A DNA stretch of 54,977 nt from Desulfobacterales bacterium (lineage in GTDB: Bacteria > Desulfobacterota > Desulfobacteria > Desulfobacterales > C00003060), in assembly GCA_023129535.1 (NCBI GenBank), contig JAGMBW010000071.1, forward strand, positions 1 to 54,977, written 5' to 3'. The translations under genes and the position numbers were made by a program. Positions 54,142 through 54,977 of this stretch are shown one piece after another. Positions within the stretch are counted from its first letter, which is position 1; the number at the start of each line of letters is the position of its first letter. Below the pieces are notes generated by a model, which had not been told where the DNA came from, searched no databases, and saw nothing but the letters and a program-made list of their open reading frames with translations.

Positions 54142-54447
54142 CTAACCTCCTATTTCCTTCCCTTCATCGGCCCCTTCCTCGGGTCTCACATGGACCACCC
54201 CTTTGCCATGGCAGTTCCAGCAGAAGAGCTTGCTCCTGTAATAGACGCCGGTGCCCTCACAGGCGGGGCAGGTCTCATAAGGCTTTATGACATAAACGGT
54301 CTTATGGCCATTGCAGACCGGGCAGTATGAAAGAGGAGATAAGAGTTTGAATGGATCTTTGCCCTTACCCTTGCAAAATGCACAGGTGATCTTTTCCATC
54401 TCAGGAAGGATCGTTTCTGCGGACTTTCTTCTTCGTCTCTTAACCAT
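54142..54447 (-). CDS. Small DnaJ-type zinc-finger protein (4 Cys pairs) without a J domain
   Basis: CAFCKGKG, CPVCNGHK, CPACEGTG and CWNCHGKG. The ATG at 54447 is chosen over 54456 and 54540 on Shine-Dalgarno spacing. Confidence 0.7.
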   Translation of the reverse strand: MVKRRRRKSAETILPEMEKITCAFCKGKGKDPFKLLSPLSYCPVCNGHKTVYVIKPYETCPACEGTGVYYRSKLFCWNCHGKGVVHVRPEEGADEGKEIGG

Positions 54448-54895
54448 CTTTTCCATCCCCCTTTTTAGAAAGCTCAATAGTTTTTTTCCATTCCTTAAGG
54501 TTCCTGGCAAAAAGAAAAAATACTTTTTTAAGGCTATCACTCTGTTGCATGAGCTGAAGTTGCTCCACCTTCTTTTTGGGAACCCAATCCCTTTGTATAA
54601 TTGATATATCTTTCAGAGAATTCAATGATATCTCAAAGAGCTTGTTTGCCCCTTGCAGGAATATAAGGCGCTCTTTGGTCAGGTATAGATAACCTGGCTT
54701 CCAGTTGGCCCTGGTTCGCATGCCATCTTGATAGCTTGCCTGCCCGGCCTTGATCACTTCTTCTCCTTCGATATCAGAAGGCATCTCCATCTCCCGCTGC
54801 ATCTCCAGACCACTTCTTAACCTCAACTGTGCCGCCTGGTTAAAACGCCCGTATGCAGTCCTCTTCATCGCGCCTGTATCCCTCTCAATTCCCAT
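54440..54895 (-). CDS. PH/GRAM-like domain protein
   Basis: WKPGYLYLTKERLIFLQGANKLFEISLNSLKDISI, the same module as in 48467-49579. Confidence 0.65.
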   Translation of the reverse strand: MGIERDTGAMKRTAYGRFNQAAQLRLRSGLEMQREMEMPSDIEGEEVIKAGQASYQDGMRTRANWKPGYLYLTKERLIFLQGANKLFEISLNSLKDISIIQRDWVPKKKVEQLQLMQQSDSLKKVFFLFARNLKEWKKTIELSKKGDGKDG

Positions 54896-54977
54896 AGATA
54901 ATCTCAGACAACCTTGTCAGTTCCTCCACTCCCCTGATCTGATTTGAAAAAAGGGGAACCTGCACAATGTTATGCTC

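Overview
The window has three parts.

(1) 1-7.7 kb is a conserved housekeeping block: a cell-wall amidase, tRNA-Leu, tig-clpP-clpX-lon, then tRNA-Val and tRNA-Asp.

(2) About 7.7-32 kb is accessory DNA that starts right after tRNA-Asp. It carries:
- a tyrosine integrase and an Xis-like HTH gene;
- two collinear blocks of a 12-mer (GGTTCCGATAAA), exactly 16.8 kb apart, each followed by a sigma-54 type -24/-12 element;
- roughly 4 kb of non-coding mosaic hairpin repeats, interrupted by an IS1634/IS4-type insertion sequence;
- a phage/plasmid-like module: PAPS-reductase-like, PLD nuclease, two HU proteins, a holin/NlpC-P60 lysis cassette, a C11 peptidase, a DnaC-like loader, a lambda-O-like initiator with internal iterons, and Gp37/Gp68;
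- a sigma-54 activator with a winged-helix C-terminus, and a divergently transcribed 801-aa activator-like AAA+ protein that lacks GAFTGA;
- a MazEF pair and decayed transposase and phosphoesterase remnants.

(3) 34.2-55 kb is the most interesting part: a long minus-strand gas-vesicle-like (gvp) island. It encodes two GvpA-domain proteins (one fused to two PH-like domains and a zinc ribbon), GvpF/L, GvpK and a GvpO-like protein. Interleaved with these are an Hsp70, J-domain-less CxxCxGxG zinc-finger proteins, several Hsp20s, a tandem ArsA/Get3 ATPase, an actin-like ATPase, a B12-radical SAM enzyme, an octapeptide-repeat protein and a response regulator.

Tandem heptanucleotide arrays occur throughout the window. 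They usually sit as complementary pairs, and some are translated in frame, including inside both halves of ArsA. Three four-helix-bundle (23S IVS/Avd-like) genes are each bracketed by such complementary arrays.

No rRNA genes or CRISPR arrays were seen. All family assignments come from reading motifs by eye, not from database searches.
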